Positions 6,864 to 15,593 of a DNA stretch of 64,000 nucleotides are shown in pieces (within the stretch, counting starts at the first letter, position 1; each line of letters begins with the position of its first letter). Position numbers and translations under genes: made by a program. The notes beneath the pieces are model-generated. The model searched no databases. It saw only the letters and a list, made by a program, of their open reading frames with translations, and was not told the DNA's origin. The stretch covers positions 18,523 to 82,522 of the forward strand of contig JACMKT010000189.1 in the NCBI GenBank assembly GCA_014380005.1, given 5' to 3'. This DNA comes from Rhodospirillales bacterium. Lineage in GTDB: Bacteria > Pseudomonadota > Alphaproteobacteria > Rhodospirillales > Magnetospirillaceae.

Positions 6864-8469
6864 GAGCCTATCTCCGTCGGTCGGTCGTTCCAAAGCTTTC
6901 AGCGCCGCCGTAACTGCTGTCGCCTTAGTGGCGCTGGCTGGCTGCACCGAAAGCAAGCCGGTTGGCACCATCGGCTACGTCAAGGGCTTCGGCGGCATGG
7001 TTGCCGCGGATGAACCCCGCGCCGTCCTGGCCGCCCGTGACATTCTTCAGGCCGGCGGCACCGCCGCCGACGCCGCCGTCGCGCTGTATTTCACGATGGC
7101 GGTGACCCAGCCGTCAACTGCCAGTCTGGGCGGAGGCGGCGTTTGTGTCGTCTATGATAAGGAAAAGAAGCGCACTGAGGTCGTTGAATTCCTTGCGCCG
7201 CCGTCCCAGCTCTCCGGTTCCGTGCGCAATCCCAGCGCCGTGCCCGCCAATGTCCGTGGGTTTTACGCCCTGCATGCCAAGTATGGCAAGTTCCGCTGGG
7301 AGCAATTGTTGGCCGATCCCGAGCGGCTGGCCCGCATGGGCACCCCGGTGTCGCGTGCCTTTGCCACGGATATCGCCCGTGCCGCCCAATTGCTGGCCAA
7401 TGACCCTGCCGCCCGTCAGATTTTCCTTCCCAATGGCCGCCCGTTGACCGAGGGCCAGACCTTCGAGCAGCGCGACCTTGCCGCCATGCTGGGCCGCCTG
7501 CGCCGTTCTCCCGGCGATCTGTATCAGGGCGCCATGTCGCGTGAAATGATCGATGCGGTGAAGCGCGCCGATGGTTCGCTGACCGCCGAGGATTTGCGTG
7601 ACATCAAGCCCGGCATGCGTGAGGGTTTGACCGTCAAGCTGGGCGACGACACGGCCTATTTCGCCCCGCCGCCATCGGTGGCCGGCGGAATCGCCGCGCA
7701 AATGACGGCGGCCCTGGCGGACCGTTGGGGCAAGGCCGATGCGGATGAAAAGCCCCATCTGCTGGCCGAGGCCGCGGCCAAGGCCTTCGCCGACCGCGCC
7801 CGCTGGATGCAGCCCCATGGCTGGCCCAACGAGAACGCCAACGGCATGGCCGGGCGTGAGCGGGCCAATGCCCTGCTGGCCACTTATAACCCCGAGAAAC
7901 ACTCGGCGGCCCCCGATGCGGTCAAGTCCACCGACGCCATTCCGGCGGCGGGCTTCGTCGTCTTGGATTCCTTCGGTGACGCGGTGGCCTGCAACGTCAC
8001 CACCTATGGCCTGTTCGGCAATGGCCGCATGGCGCCCGGCACCGGCATCTTCCTGGCCGCCGTGCCCGGCCTGTCCAGCGGCCCGCCGGCGGTTGGCCCG
8101 GTGCTGGTGGTCAACACCCATTCGCAAGAGGTCCATTTCGCCGCCGCCGCCACCGGTGGCGTGACCGGCCCGACGGCGTTGGTGCAGACCCTGCTGGCCA
8201 GCGTCGTCGATCACAAGGATCTGGAGGCAGCGGTTGCGGCCCCGCGCGTGCACCATTCCGGCACGCCCGACGTCGCCTTCGTGGAATCGGGCGAGCGCGC
8301 CTTCGATCCTGCCCCGCTGACCAAGCGTGGTCACGAGGTCAAGGCGGTGCCCATGCCCAGCCGGGTCAACGCCTTTACCTGTGCCTCGGGCGACGCCAGC
8401 TTCCAGAAATGCCGTGTGGTCACCGACCCGCGCGGCAACGGCCTGGGTGTGGTCGTCGGCAAGGATTGA
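6856..8469 (+). CDS. Gamma-glutamyltranspeptidase-fold lipoprotein lacking the catalytic Thr
   Basis: Lipobox LAGC; GGT motifs ILQAGGTAADAAVA, SLGGGG, HAKYGKFRW, APRVHH, DPRGNG. Start placed at GTG 6856 (SD aagga 6843-6847). Confidence 0.8.
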   Translation: MSKSLSPSVGRSKAFSAAVTAVALVALAGCTESKPVGTIGYVKGFGGMVAADEPRAVLAARDILQAGGTAADAAVALYFTMAVTQPSTASLGGGGVCVVYDKEKKRTEVVEFLAPPSQLSGSVRNPSAVPANVRGFYALHAKYGKFRWEQLLADPERLARMGTPVSRAFATDIARAAQLLANDPAARQIFLPNGRPLTEGQTFEQRDLAAMLGRLRRSPGDLYQGAMSREMIDAVKRADGSLTAEDLRDIKPGMREGLTVKLGDDTAYFAPPPSVAGGIAAQMTAALADRWGKADADEKPHLLAEAAAKAFADRARWMQPHGWPNENANGMAGRERANALLATYNPEKHSAAPDAVKSTDAIPAAGFVVLDSFGDAVACNVTTYGLFGNGRMAPGTGIFLAAVPGLSSGPPAVGPVLVVNTHSQEVHFAAAATGGVTGPTALVQTLLASVVDHKDLEAAVAAPRVHHSGTPDVAFVESGERAFDPAPLTKRGHEVKAVPMPSRVNAFTCASGDASFQKCRVVTDPRGNGLGVVVGKD

Positions 8470-8472
8470 GGC

Positions 8473-9615
8473 ATGTTCAAAGTCGCCGCCCGGGGCGCCA
8501 TCGCCCCGTTCATGGTTATGGACGTCATGCGCGCCGCCAATGAACGGGCGGCGGCGGGTGGCGATGTCATCCATCTGGAGGTGGGCCAGCCCTCGGGGCA
8601 GGCGCCCGCGCGGGTGCTGGCGGCGGCCAAGGCGGCAGTGGACAGCCATCCGCTGGGCTATACCGAGGCCCTGGGGCTGGAGCCCCTGCGTGAGCGTATC
8701 GCCAAGCATTACCGCCACGCCTATGGGGTGAGCGTGGCGCCCGAGGCCATCGCGGTGACCACCGGCTCGTCGGGCGCCTTCCTGCTGGCCTTCCTGTCCG
8801 CCTTCGACGCGGGCGACCGGGTGGCGGTAGCGGCGCCGGGCTATCCGGCCTATCGCAACATTCTGGAAGCCCTGGGCATCGAGTGCGTGGCGGTTCCGGT
8901 CGGTGCGGACTCGCGCTGGCAGCTTAACGTGGAGGTATTGTCCAAGGTGGCGGGCAAGCTGGACGGCGTGGTGGTCGCCAGCCCGTCCAACCCCACTGGC
9001 TCCATGCTGTCGGGCCATGAGGTGGCGCAACTGGCCACGTGGTGCGAGTTGAACGGCATCCGTCTGATTTCGGACGAGATCTACCACGGCATTACCTATG
9101 GCGCGTCCGCAGGCACGGCAGTGGGCTCGGGCAAGCACGCCATCATCGTCAACAGCTTCTCTAAATACTACGCCATGACCGGCTGGCGTCTGGGCTGGAT
9201 GGTGCTGCCGCCCGATCTGGTGCGCGCGGTGGAATGCCTGCAACAAAACCTGTTCATCTCGCCGCCCACCCTGTCGCAAATGGCGGCCATGGCGGTGTTC
9301 GACTGTCTGGATGAGCTGGACGCCCGCGTCGCCGTGTACAAACGCAACCGCGACATCCTGCTGGAAGAACTGCCCAAGGCCGGCTTCACCCGGCTGGCCC
9401 CGTCGGACGGTGCGTTCTATTTGTACGCTGACGTGGCCGACCTCACCAATGACAGCGCCGAATTCTGCCGCCGCATGCTGGCTGAGACCGGCATCGCCTG
9501 CACGCCGGGCATGGATTTCGACCCCTATCAGGGCCACCACACGCTACGCTTCTCGTTTGCCGGGGCGTCTGCGGACATGGTCGAGGCAGCCAAGCGGCTG
9601 AAGGGCTGGCGGTAG
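8473..9615 (+). CDS. Class I/II PLP-dependent aminotransferase (aspartate aminotransferase-like)
   Basis: HLEVGQP, SPSNPTG, ISDEIYH, NSFSKYYAMTGWRLGW. Confidence 0.93.
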   Translation: MFKVAARGAIAPFMVMDVMRAANERAAAGGDVIHLEVGQPSGQAPARVLAAAKAAVDSHPLGYTEALGLEPLRERIAKHYRHAYGVSVAPEAIAVTTGSSGAFLLAFLSAFDAGDRVAVAAPGYPAYRNILEALGIECVAVPVGADSRWQLNVEVLSKVAGKLDGVVVASPSNPTGSMLSGHEVAQLATWCELNGIRLISDEIYHGITYGASAGTAVGSGKHAIIVNSFSKYYAMTGWRLGWMVLPPDLVRAVECLQQNLFISPPTLSQMAAMAVFDCLDELDARVAVYKRNRDILLEELPKAGFTRLAPSDGAFYLYADVADLTNDSAEFCRRMLAETGIACTPGMDFDPYQGHHTLRFSFAGASADMVEAAKRLKGWR

Positions 9616-9694
9616 ACGCAATCGTCTCTGTGCGGCGACACCGTTCACCAGTTCTCTGCCACTGCCCGGGGCCGGGGCGGGAGCCCCGCAAGGG

Positions 9695-12034
9695 TCACTC
9701 CACCGTCTTTCCCTCAATGCTGCCCAGCCGCAAAATCCCCGAGAATGTCTCGGCGGGGATGGGGCGCGAGTAGTAGAAACCCTGGATTTGCTCGCATTTC
9801 AGGGCTTTGAGCACGGCCAATTGGGCGTCGTTCTCCACACCCTCGGCGACAATCTGAAGATTGAGGGAATGGCCCATGGCGATGATGGCGCCGACGATCT
9901 CTGCCGAGGCGGGATTGACGTCGATGTCCATCACGAAGGAGCGGTCGATCTTCAGCTTATCCAGCGGGAACTTCTTCAAATAACTCAGTGATGAATAGCC
10001 GGTGCCGAAATCGTCCACCGCCAGATGGACGCCCACATTGTGCAGCTCCATCAGGGTTTGGATGGCGCTTTCGGCGTTGTGCATGACCGCGCTCTCGGTC
10101 AATTCCAGTTCCAGCAAGGTGGGGTCGATGCCGTGGCTGCTCATGGCCTCAACCACGCGTTCCACCAGATCAGGCTGGCGGAATTGGTGGGCGGACAGGT
10201 TGACGGCGATCTGCACCGCAGGCAGGCCTTGGGCTTGCCACGCTTTGATCTGGCCGCAGACATGATCCAGCACCCAATTGCCGATGGGCACGATCAGGCC
10301 GGTTTCTTCGGCCATGGGGATGAATTCCACCGGCGAAATCATGCCCAGCTCGCGGTGCTTCCAGCGGATCAGCGCTTCGGCCCCCACAACTCGGCCCGAA
10401 GCCGTTTCGATCTTGGGCTGGTAGAACACCATGAATTCGTCGCGCGACAGCGCCTTGCGCAGCTCGGTCTCCAGCTTCAGCCGTTCCACCGAATTGGCAT
10501 GCATTTCGGGGGTGTAGAACTGGTAGCGGTTGTCGGCCAGTTCCTTGGATCGGCTCATGGCCATTTCGGCCTTGAGCACCAGATCGTCGGGATCGGTGCC
10601 GTCCACCGGGAAGACACTGATGCCGACCCTGGAGGTGACGAACAGCTCGTGGCCGTCGATCTCGAACGAAGTGTTGAAGCTTTCCAGCAGCCGCGAGATT
10701 ACCATGTGGGCGTCGTGATCCTGGGCCAGATCGGTCAGCAGGCAGCAGAAGGTGTCGCCGCGTAGACGGGCAACGGAATCATGGCCGCGCAACGACCCAG
10801 CCAGACGCTCGGCCACGGCGCGCAGCAGATGATCGCCGGTCTGGTGGCCCAGGGTTTCGTTGATCTGCTTGAAGCGGTCCAGCCCGATCATCACCAGGGC
10901 GACCTTGCGCGCGGCGCGCGGTGCGCGTTCCAGGGCTTGGTTCAGGCGGTCCATGAACAGGTGGCGGTTGGGCAGGCGGGTGACGGCGTCGAAATAGGTC
11001 AGGGTGCGGATGGTCTCTTCCGCCCGCTTATGTTTGGAGATATCCGAGAACACGCCCACATAGCGGGTCACTTGGCCCGAAGGATCGGTGATGGCCTTGA
11101 TGGTCAGCCATTCGGGATAGGCCTCGCCGTCCTTGCGGCGGTTCCAAATCTCGCCTTCCCATTCGCCCTTTTCACGGATGTGGCCCCACATGGCGGTGTA
11201 GAAATCGGCACCTTGCAGGCCGGATTTCAGCAGGCCGGCGTTTTGCCCCAAAACCTCCTCGCGCGCATAGCCGGAAATGCGGCAAAAGCCATGATTGACC
11301 CACAGCATGATGCCGCGCCGGTCGGTGACCATGACGCCTTCCATGGTGCATTCCAGCACCTTTTCCGCCACGTCCAGCCGCGCCAGGGCCCGTTTGCGCG
11401 CCGAGATATCGTGCAGCACCACCACGAAGCGGCGTTCGCCGTCGCGCTCTAACTGGGCGACGGACAATTCCACCGGCACCACGCCGCCATCCTTGCGCCG
11501 GCCCAGCACTTCGCGTCCGGTGGAGATCAGCCCGGCGTTGCCGTCAGCGGCAAAGGCTTTCCAGCGCTCGCGCAATTGACGCCCATAGGGTTCGGCCAGC
11601 AGACCGTCCACCGGTTCATCCAGCGCATCGTCTTGGGTGTAGCCGAACAGGCTCATAGCCTTGGGGTTGAGGTCGCGGATACGGCCGTAATCGTCGGCGA
11701 TCACCAGGGCATCGGGCAGCGAGCCCATGATGGTGTCCAGGCAGGCCTCGGCGGCGCGTTGCAGTTCGCGGGCACGCCCTGTCGCTTCCGCCTGGGCGGC
11801 GGTGGATAGCCGGTTGAGGAAAACGTAGAGGGCCAAGCCGGTGCCGAGCAGCCAGCCGCCCAGGGTGAGCGGACCGGGAATATCCCCGATCAACAGACCT
11901 TGCTGGGCCGCTCCGGCAATGGCTCCGCCGCCGACCGCCAGATAGAAGGCGGTGGCTAGACGGGGCGCCCAGGCAAGCACCCTCAACGGGCTCGCCGGCA
12001 GGCTGTCATCGGAGGTTCCCGGAACTGCAGGCAC
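9695..12034 (-). CDS. Membrane-anchored PAS-PAS-GGDEF(degenerate)-EAL protein, probable c-di-GMP phosphodiesterase
   Basis: Two N-terminal TM segments, two PAS domains, GGDEF replaced by RGDTF, intact EAL and DDFGTGYSS. Confidence 0.9.
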   Translation of the reverse strand: MPAVPGTSDDSLPASPLRVLAWAPRLATAFYLAVGGGAIAGAAQQGLLIGDIPGPLTLGGWLLGTGLALYVFLNRLSTAAQAEATGRARELQRAAEACLDTIMGSLPDALVIADDYGRIRDLNPKAMSLFGYTQDDALDEPVDGLLAEPYGRQLRERWKAFAADGNAGLISTGREVLGRRKDGGVVPVELSVAQLERDGERRFVVVLHDISARKRALARLDVAEKVLECTMEGVMVTDRRGIMLWVNHGFCRISGYAREEVLGQNAGLLKSGLQGADFYTAMWGHIREKGEWEGEIWNRRKDGEAYPEWLTIKAITDPSGQVTRYVGVFSDISKHKRAEETIRTLTYFDAVTRLPNRHLFMDRLNQALERAPRAARKVALVMIGLDRFKQINETLGHQTGDHLLRAVAERLAGSLRGHDSVARLRGDTFCCLLTDLAQDHDAHMVISRLLESFNTSFEIDGHELFVTSRVGISVFPVDGTDPDDLVLKAEMAMSRSKELADNRYQFYTPEMHANSVERLKLETELRKALSRDEFMVFYQPKIETASGRVVGAEALIRWKHRELGMISPVEFIPMAEETGLIVPIGNWVLDHVCGQIKAWQAQGLPAVQIAVNLSAHQFRQPDLVERVVEAMSSHGIDPTLLELELTESAVMHNAESAIQTLMELHNVGVHLAVDDFGTGYSSLSYLKKFPLDKLKIDRSFVMDIDVNPASAEIVGAIIAMGHSLNLQIVAEGVENDAQLAVLKALKCEQIQGFYYSRPIPAETFSGILRLGSIEGKTVE

Positions 12035-12274
12035 GCGAGGCTCCTACCATTTGGCCGGTTCAGTTCATGGGTGCCACCATACCCCTATCGGATATAGGGC
12101 CACAAGCGGTCAGAGAGTGTAGGAATGTTTTGTCATAGGGGAGAAAAGCATACTCACACAGCCTGAAGACTTAGGGGTATCGTCCTCTTGGACTAGGCGT
12201 TCCTATGATCCTGGTATTTCTTACCAAAGACAGCCGCGCTATCTTTTCCCAAGGGCGCATGTTTAGGAGATAAC

Positions 12275-13015
12275 ATGCAACGGCCAATCGCCTTGTTCAC
12301 TGATTTCGGCATGGCCGGCCCCTATCTGGGGCAGGTCAAAGCGGTGCTGCACACAAAGGCGCCGGGCGTTGCGGTTATCGATCTCATGGCCGATGCGCCC
12401 GCTTTCGATCCGCGCGCCTCGGCCTATCTGCTGGCCGCGCTGATGCCCGAGATGCCGGAAGACGTGGTCATTCTGGGCGTGGTCGATCCCGGGGTCGGCG
12501 GCGAGCGGCAGCCCATGGTCGCCGAAATCCATGGGCGGCTGGTGGTGGGGCCCGATAATGGCCTGTTCGAGATCGCCTTGCGCCGTGCCCGCCAAGCACG
12601 ATCTTGGCGGATCGTCTGGCGGCCGGACCGGTTGTCGGCGACCTTTCATGGACGCGATCTGTTCGCTCCGGTGGCAGCCCGGCTTGCCCAAGGCATGACG
12701 CCCGGGGCGGCGGGGTGCGACGCCATGGACAATCCCCGGCAGCTGGATTGGCCGGACCAATTGGGCGAGGTCATTTACTTGGATCATTACGGCAACGCCA
12801 TGACCGGGTTGCACACCGAAGCGGTCCCCGTAGAAGCGGTGTTGCAGGTGAATGGCCGCGAATTGCGTCACGCCCGGACTTATGAAGAGGTGCCGGCGGG
12901 CACTCCATTCTGGTACGGCAATTCCATTGGTTTGGTGGAATTGGCCGTTAGTCGGGGACGGGCTGATACCACATTGGGGCTTACCGTCGGTGCCGTCATT
13001 GGGTGGGACGGCTAA
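12275..13015 (+). CDS. DUF62-family SAM hydroxide adenosyltransferase (SAM hydrolase)
   Basis: FTDFG, VVDPGVGGER, VGPDNG, SATFHGRDLFAP, DHYGN. Confidence 0.88.
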   Translation: MQRPIALFTDFGMAGPYLGQVKAVLHTKAPGVAVIDLMADAPAFDPRASAYLLAALMPEMPEDVVILGVVDPGVGGERQPMVAEIHGRLVVGPDNGLFEIALRRARQARSWRIVWRPDRLSATFHGRDLFAPVAARLAQGMTPGAAGCDAMDNPRQLDWPDQLGEVIYLDHYGNAMTGLHTEAVPVEAVLQVNGRELRHARTYEEVPAGTPFWYGNSIGLVELAVSRGRADTTLGLTVGAVIGWDG

Positions 13016-13104
13016 AAAAGGTCTCGCGCATACATCAAAATACCGATGCGGCTCGGTGGGGAAAGGAATAGTCTTAAACCAACCATGAATGGGAGCGGGG
13101 ACGA

Positions 13105-13932
13105 ATGGGTTATAAGGTGAAGTTCTGGGGCGTGCGTGGAAGCATCGCCTGTCCTTCGCCGGATCACATGGTCTATGGCGGCAACACCAGCTGTGTGGAA
13201 GTCACCGTCGGCGATCATGTCTTCATCCTTGATGCCGGCACCGGCGTGCGGGCGCTTGGCCGCGATCTGCTCAAGCGTGGGGTGAGTTCAGCCACCTTGA
13301 TGCTGACCCATACCCATTGGGACCACATTAACGGCTTCCCGTTCTTCGCGCCCGCTTTCACGCCCGATTTCACTTTGCGCATCATGGCTGGCCATCTGCT
13401 GGGCAAGCCCGGCGGCATCCGCGCGGTGCTGGCCAACCAAATGGAAAATCCCACTTTCCCGGTGCCACTTTCGGCCATGTGCGGCGTCTTGTCCTTCGAT
13501 GATTTCGCCGCGGGTGAGACGTTGGAGCCGGCTCCCGGCGTGGTGGTCCGCACCGGCGCCTTGCGGCACCCCAACGGCGCCACCGGCTACCGGATCGAGT
13601 ATAAGGGCGCGTCGGTTTGCTATGTCACCGACACCGAGCACCTGCCAGGTCAGCCCGACGAAAATGTGCTGACCCTGATCGCCGGTGCCGATCTTGTGAT
13701 TTATGACAGCACCTACACGGACGCAGAATTCCCCGCAAAAGTTGGCTGGGGGCACTCCACGTGGCAGGAAGGCGTCAGGTTGTGCCAAGCCGCCGGCGTC
13801 AAGCGTCTGGTTATCTTCCACCACGACCCCGACCATGACGATTCCTTCATGGAAAGCCTGGAAGACGAAGCGCGTGTCATGTGGGACGCCACTTTGGTGG
13901 CGCGTGACGGCATGGAATTGACCATGGGGTGA
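13105..13932 (+). CDS. MBL-fold metallo-hydrolase
   Basis: FWGVRGS, YGGNTSC, LDAGTG, THTHWDH, GWGHS, FHHDP. Confidence 0.9.
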   Translation: MGYKVKFWGVRGSIACPSPDHMVYGGNTSCVEVTVGDHVFILDAGTGVRALGRDLLKRGVSSATLMLTHTHWDHINGFPFFAPAFTPDFTLRIMAGHLLGKPGGIRAVLANQMENPTFPVPLSAMCGVLSFDDFAAGETLEPAPGVVVRTGALRHPNGATGYRIEYKGASVCYVTDTEHLPGQPDENVLTLIAGADLVIYDSTYTDAEFPAKVGWGHSTWQEGVRLCQAAGVKRLVIFHHDPDHDDSFMESLEDEARVMWDATLVARDGMELTMG

Positions 13933-13966
13933 GGCGCTCGCGCCCGCCGCCTGAGGGGCAACCCAA

Positions 13967-14635
13967 TCAGTGCGGATAGACGTGGATCGAGACGCGGCGG
14001 TTCAGCGATTGATTCACCGGAAGGGGGGTGCCGTCTTCGCGGTGGTTGGGCGCGCGCGGGGCGTAGGGGCCGAAGGACGACATCAGCATGCGTTCCTCGG
14101 GTAGACCATAGCTGCCCAGGATGCGCATGGCGGCCAGAGCGCGGGCGGCGGCCAGATCGAAATTGCTGGGGAATTGCGCTGTCTTCACCGGGATGTCGTC
14201 GGTGTGGCCCTGAACCTCGATGCGATAGGTGGCGAAGCGTTCGTTGTTGAGGGTGTCGCTGATGCCCTTGATGACGGACATGATCTCGGGGCGCACCTCG
14301 GCGGAGCCCGGCTTGAACATGGCATTGGCGTCCAAATTCAGCACCACGCCGCGCTCGTCCGTGCCCACATCCACCGCATCGTCGCCGCCTTTGGTGGCGC
14401 TGATCACCTGGGCCAGTTCCTTGCGCACGGTCTCGATGGGGCGCGCGCTGTTGCGGTTACCCACATCCTGGGCCATGCCCGACTGCACCTTCTCGTATAG
14501 ATTGGCGTCCACCTTGGAGATGGCAGCCAGCATGACGAAGAACGCCATCAGCAAGGTGATCATGTCGGCGTAGGAGAGCAGCCAGTCCTCCAGCGGCTCT
14601 TCGTTCTTGGTGTGGAAGCGGTCGCGGCGGCTCAT
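13967..14635 (-). CDS. motB: Flagellar stator subunit MotB
   Basis: WLLSYADMITLLMAFFV TM motif; OmpA-like GHTD and NRRV. Confidence 0.88.
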   Translation of the reverse strand: MSRRDRFHTKNEEPLEDWLLSYADMITLLMAFFVMLAAISKVDANLYEKVQSGMAQDVGNRNSARPIETVRKELAQVISATKGGDDAVDVGTDERGVVLNLDANAMFKPGSAEVRPEIMSVIKGISDTLNNERFATYRIEVQGHTDDIPVKTAQFPSNFDLAAARALAAMRILGSYGLPEERMLMSSFGPYAPRAPNHREDGTPLPVNQSLNRRVSIHVYPH

Positions 14636-15429
14636 TTACGTGCCGCCCGGTCGATGTCGAAGTGAATGGCCGGGTCCAGGTACGAGTTCATGGCGTCCTG
14701 GATGAAGCGCGGGCTTTTACGCTCGGCCAGCAGCGCCAAACCTTCGGCCACCAGCAGACCGCGGAAGCGGATGATGGATTCGCGTTGGTGCGCCTTGTTG
14801 GCGGCGGGCATCAGCATCAGGCGGGCGAACAGCATGCCGTAAAGGGTGCCGAGCAGACCAACCGCCATGCCAGGGCCCAGCTTGGACGGATCGGTGCCCA
14901 TGTTGTCGAGCATAATGACCAAGCCCACCAGGGTTGCCAGCATGCCAAAGGCCGGCGCGTTGGAGGCCATGAATTTCAGGATTTCACACGGCACGGTGCG
15001 GCGCTGGAAGGCGGTTTCCACCTGATTCTCCAGCAACTGGCGCACTTCCGGGCCGGAATAGCCGCTGATCACCAGATTGACGCCGAAGGCGAGGAATTGG
15101 TCCTGCCTCTTGATGTTCTTGGTGTCGGCTTCCAAAGCGGGCAGGCCGGTCTTTTGGATCATATAGCCCCAGCGGATGACGCGGGCGACTTCGTTGGTCA
15201 ACATGCCGCGCGCCATGCGGGGCGAGAAAAAGATGGCGCGGATTTGCCCTAACGCCTGCATCACATAGCGGGCCTCGAAGGCAACGAACGTCGCGGCCAG
15301 GGTGCCGCCGACCACCATCACAAAGCCAGTCAGGTGGAGGAACACAAAATAATTGGTCGTCGATTCGACGATGGCCCCGACGAACAGCAGCAGGCACAAC
15401 GCGAACCCGAAGATTGTAGGTAACGACAT
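14632..15429 (-). CDS. motA: Flagellar stator subunit MotA
   Basis: VVGGTL, GLPALE, APAFGM, LLGTLYG, P-to-RE. ATGA-type overlap with motB; start moved to MSLPTIFG. Confidence 0.88.
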   Translation of the reverse strand: MSLPTIFGFALCLLLFVGAIVESTTNYFVFLHLTGFVMVVGGTLAATFVAFEARYVMQALGQIRAIFFSPRMARGMLTNEVARVIRWGYMIQKTGLPALEADTKNIKRQDQFLAFGVNLVISGYSGPEVRQLLENQVETAFQRRTVPCEILKFMASNAPAFGMLATLVGLVIMLDNMGTDPSKLGPGMAVGLLGTLYGMLFARLMLMPAANKAHQRESIIRFRGLLVAEGLALLAERKSPRFIQDAMNSYLDPAIHFDIDRAARK

Positions 15430-15593
15430 GGACCAACTTCCCCAACACGGCCACGCCCAAACGGCCCTGTGTGCATTTTGGGCTAAAGCGGCCATCGGAG
15501 CAATACGTTCAGGATATTTTGATTACGCAAGCGCTTGCACCCGTCCTTGGTTGTCGTAGACTTCCGCCCGCGAAATCCCAAGAGGAAATGGCG

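Noticed and set aside
7114-9540. 808-aa antisense ORF
   Set aside because: Shadow frame of the GGT-like and aminotransferase genes, expected from high-GC codon bias; no recognisable motifs.
12275-13015. Possible SAM-dependent fluorinase/chlorinase, perhaps paired with the dehalogenase homolog
   Set aside because: It retains the Asp-Arg-His signature of SAM hydroxide adenosyltransferases (VDPGVGGER, TFHGRD), and the dehalogenase is more than 40 kb away with no evidence of linkage.
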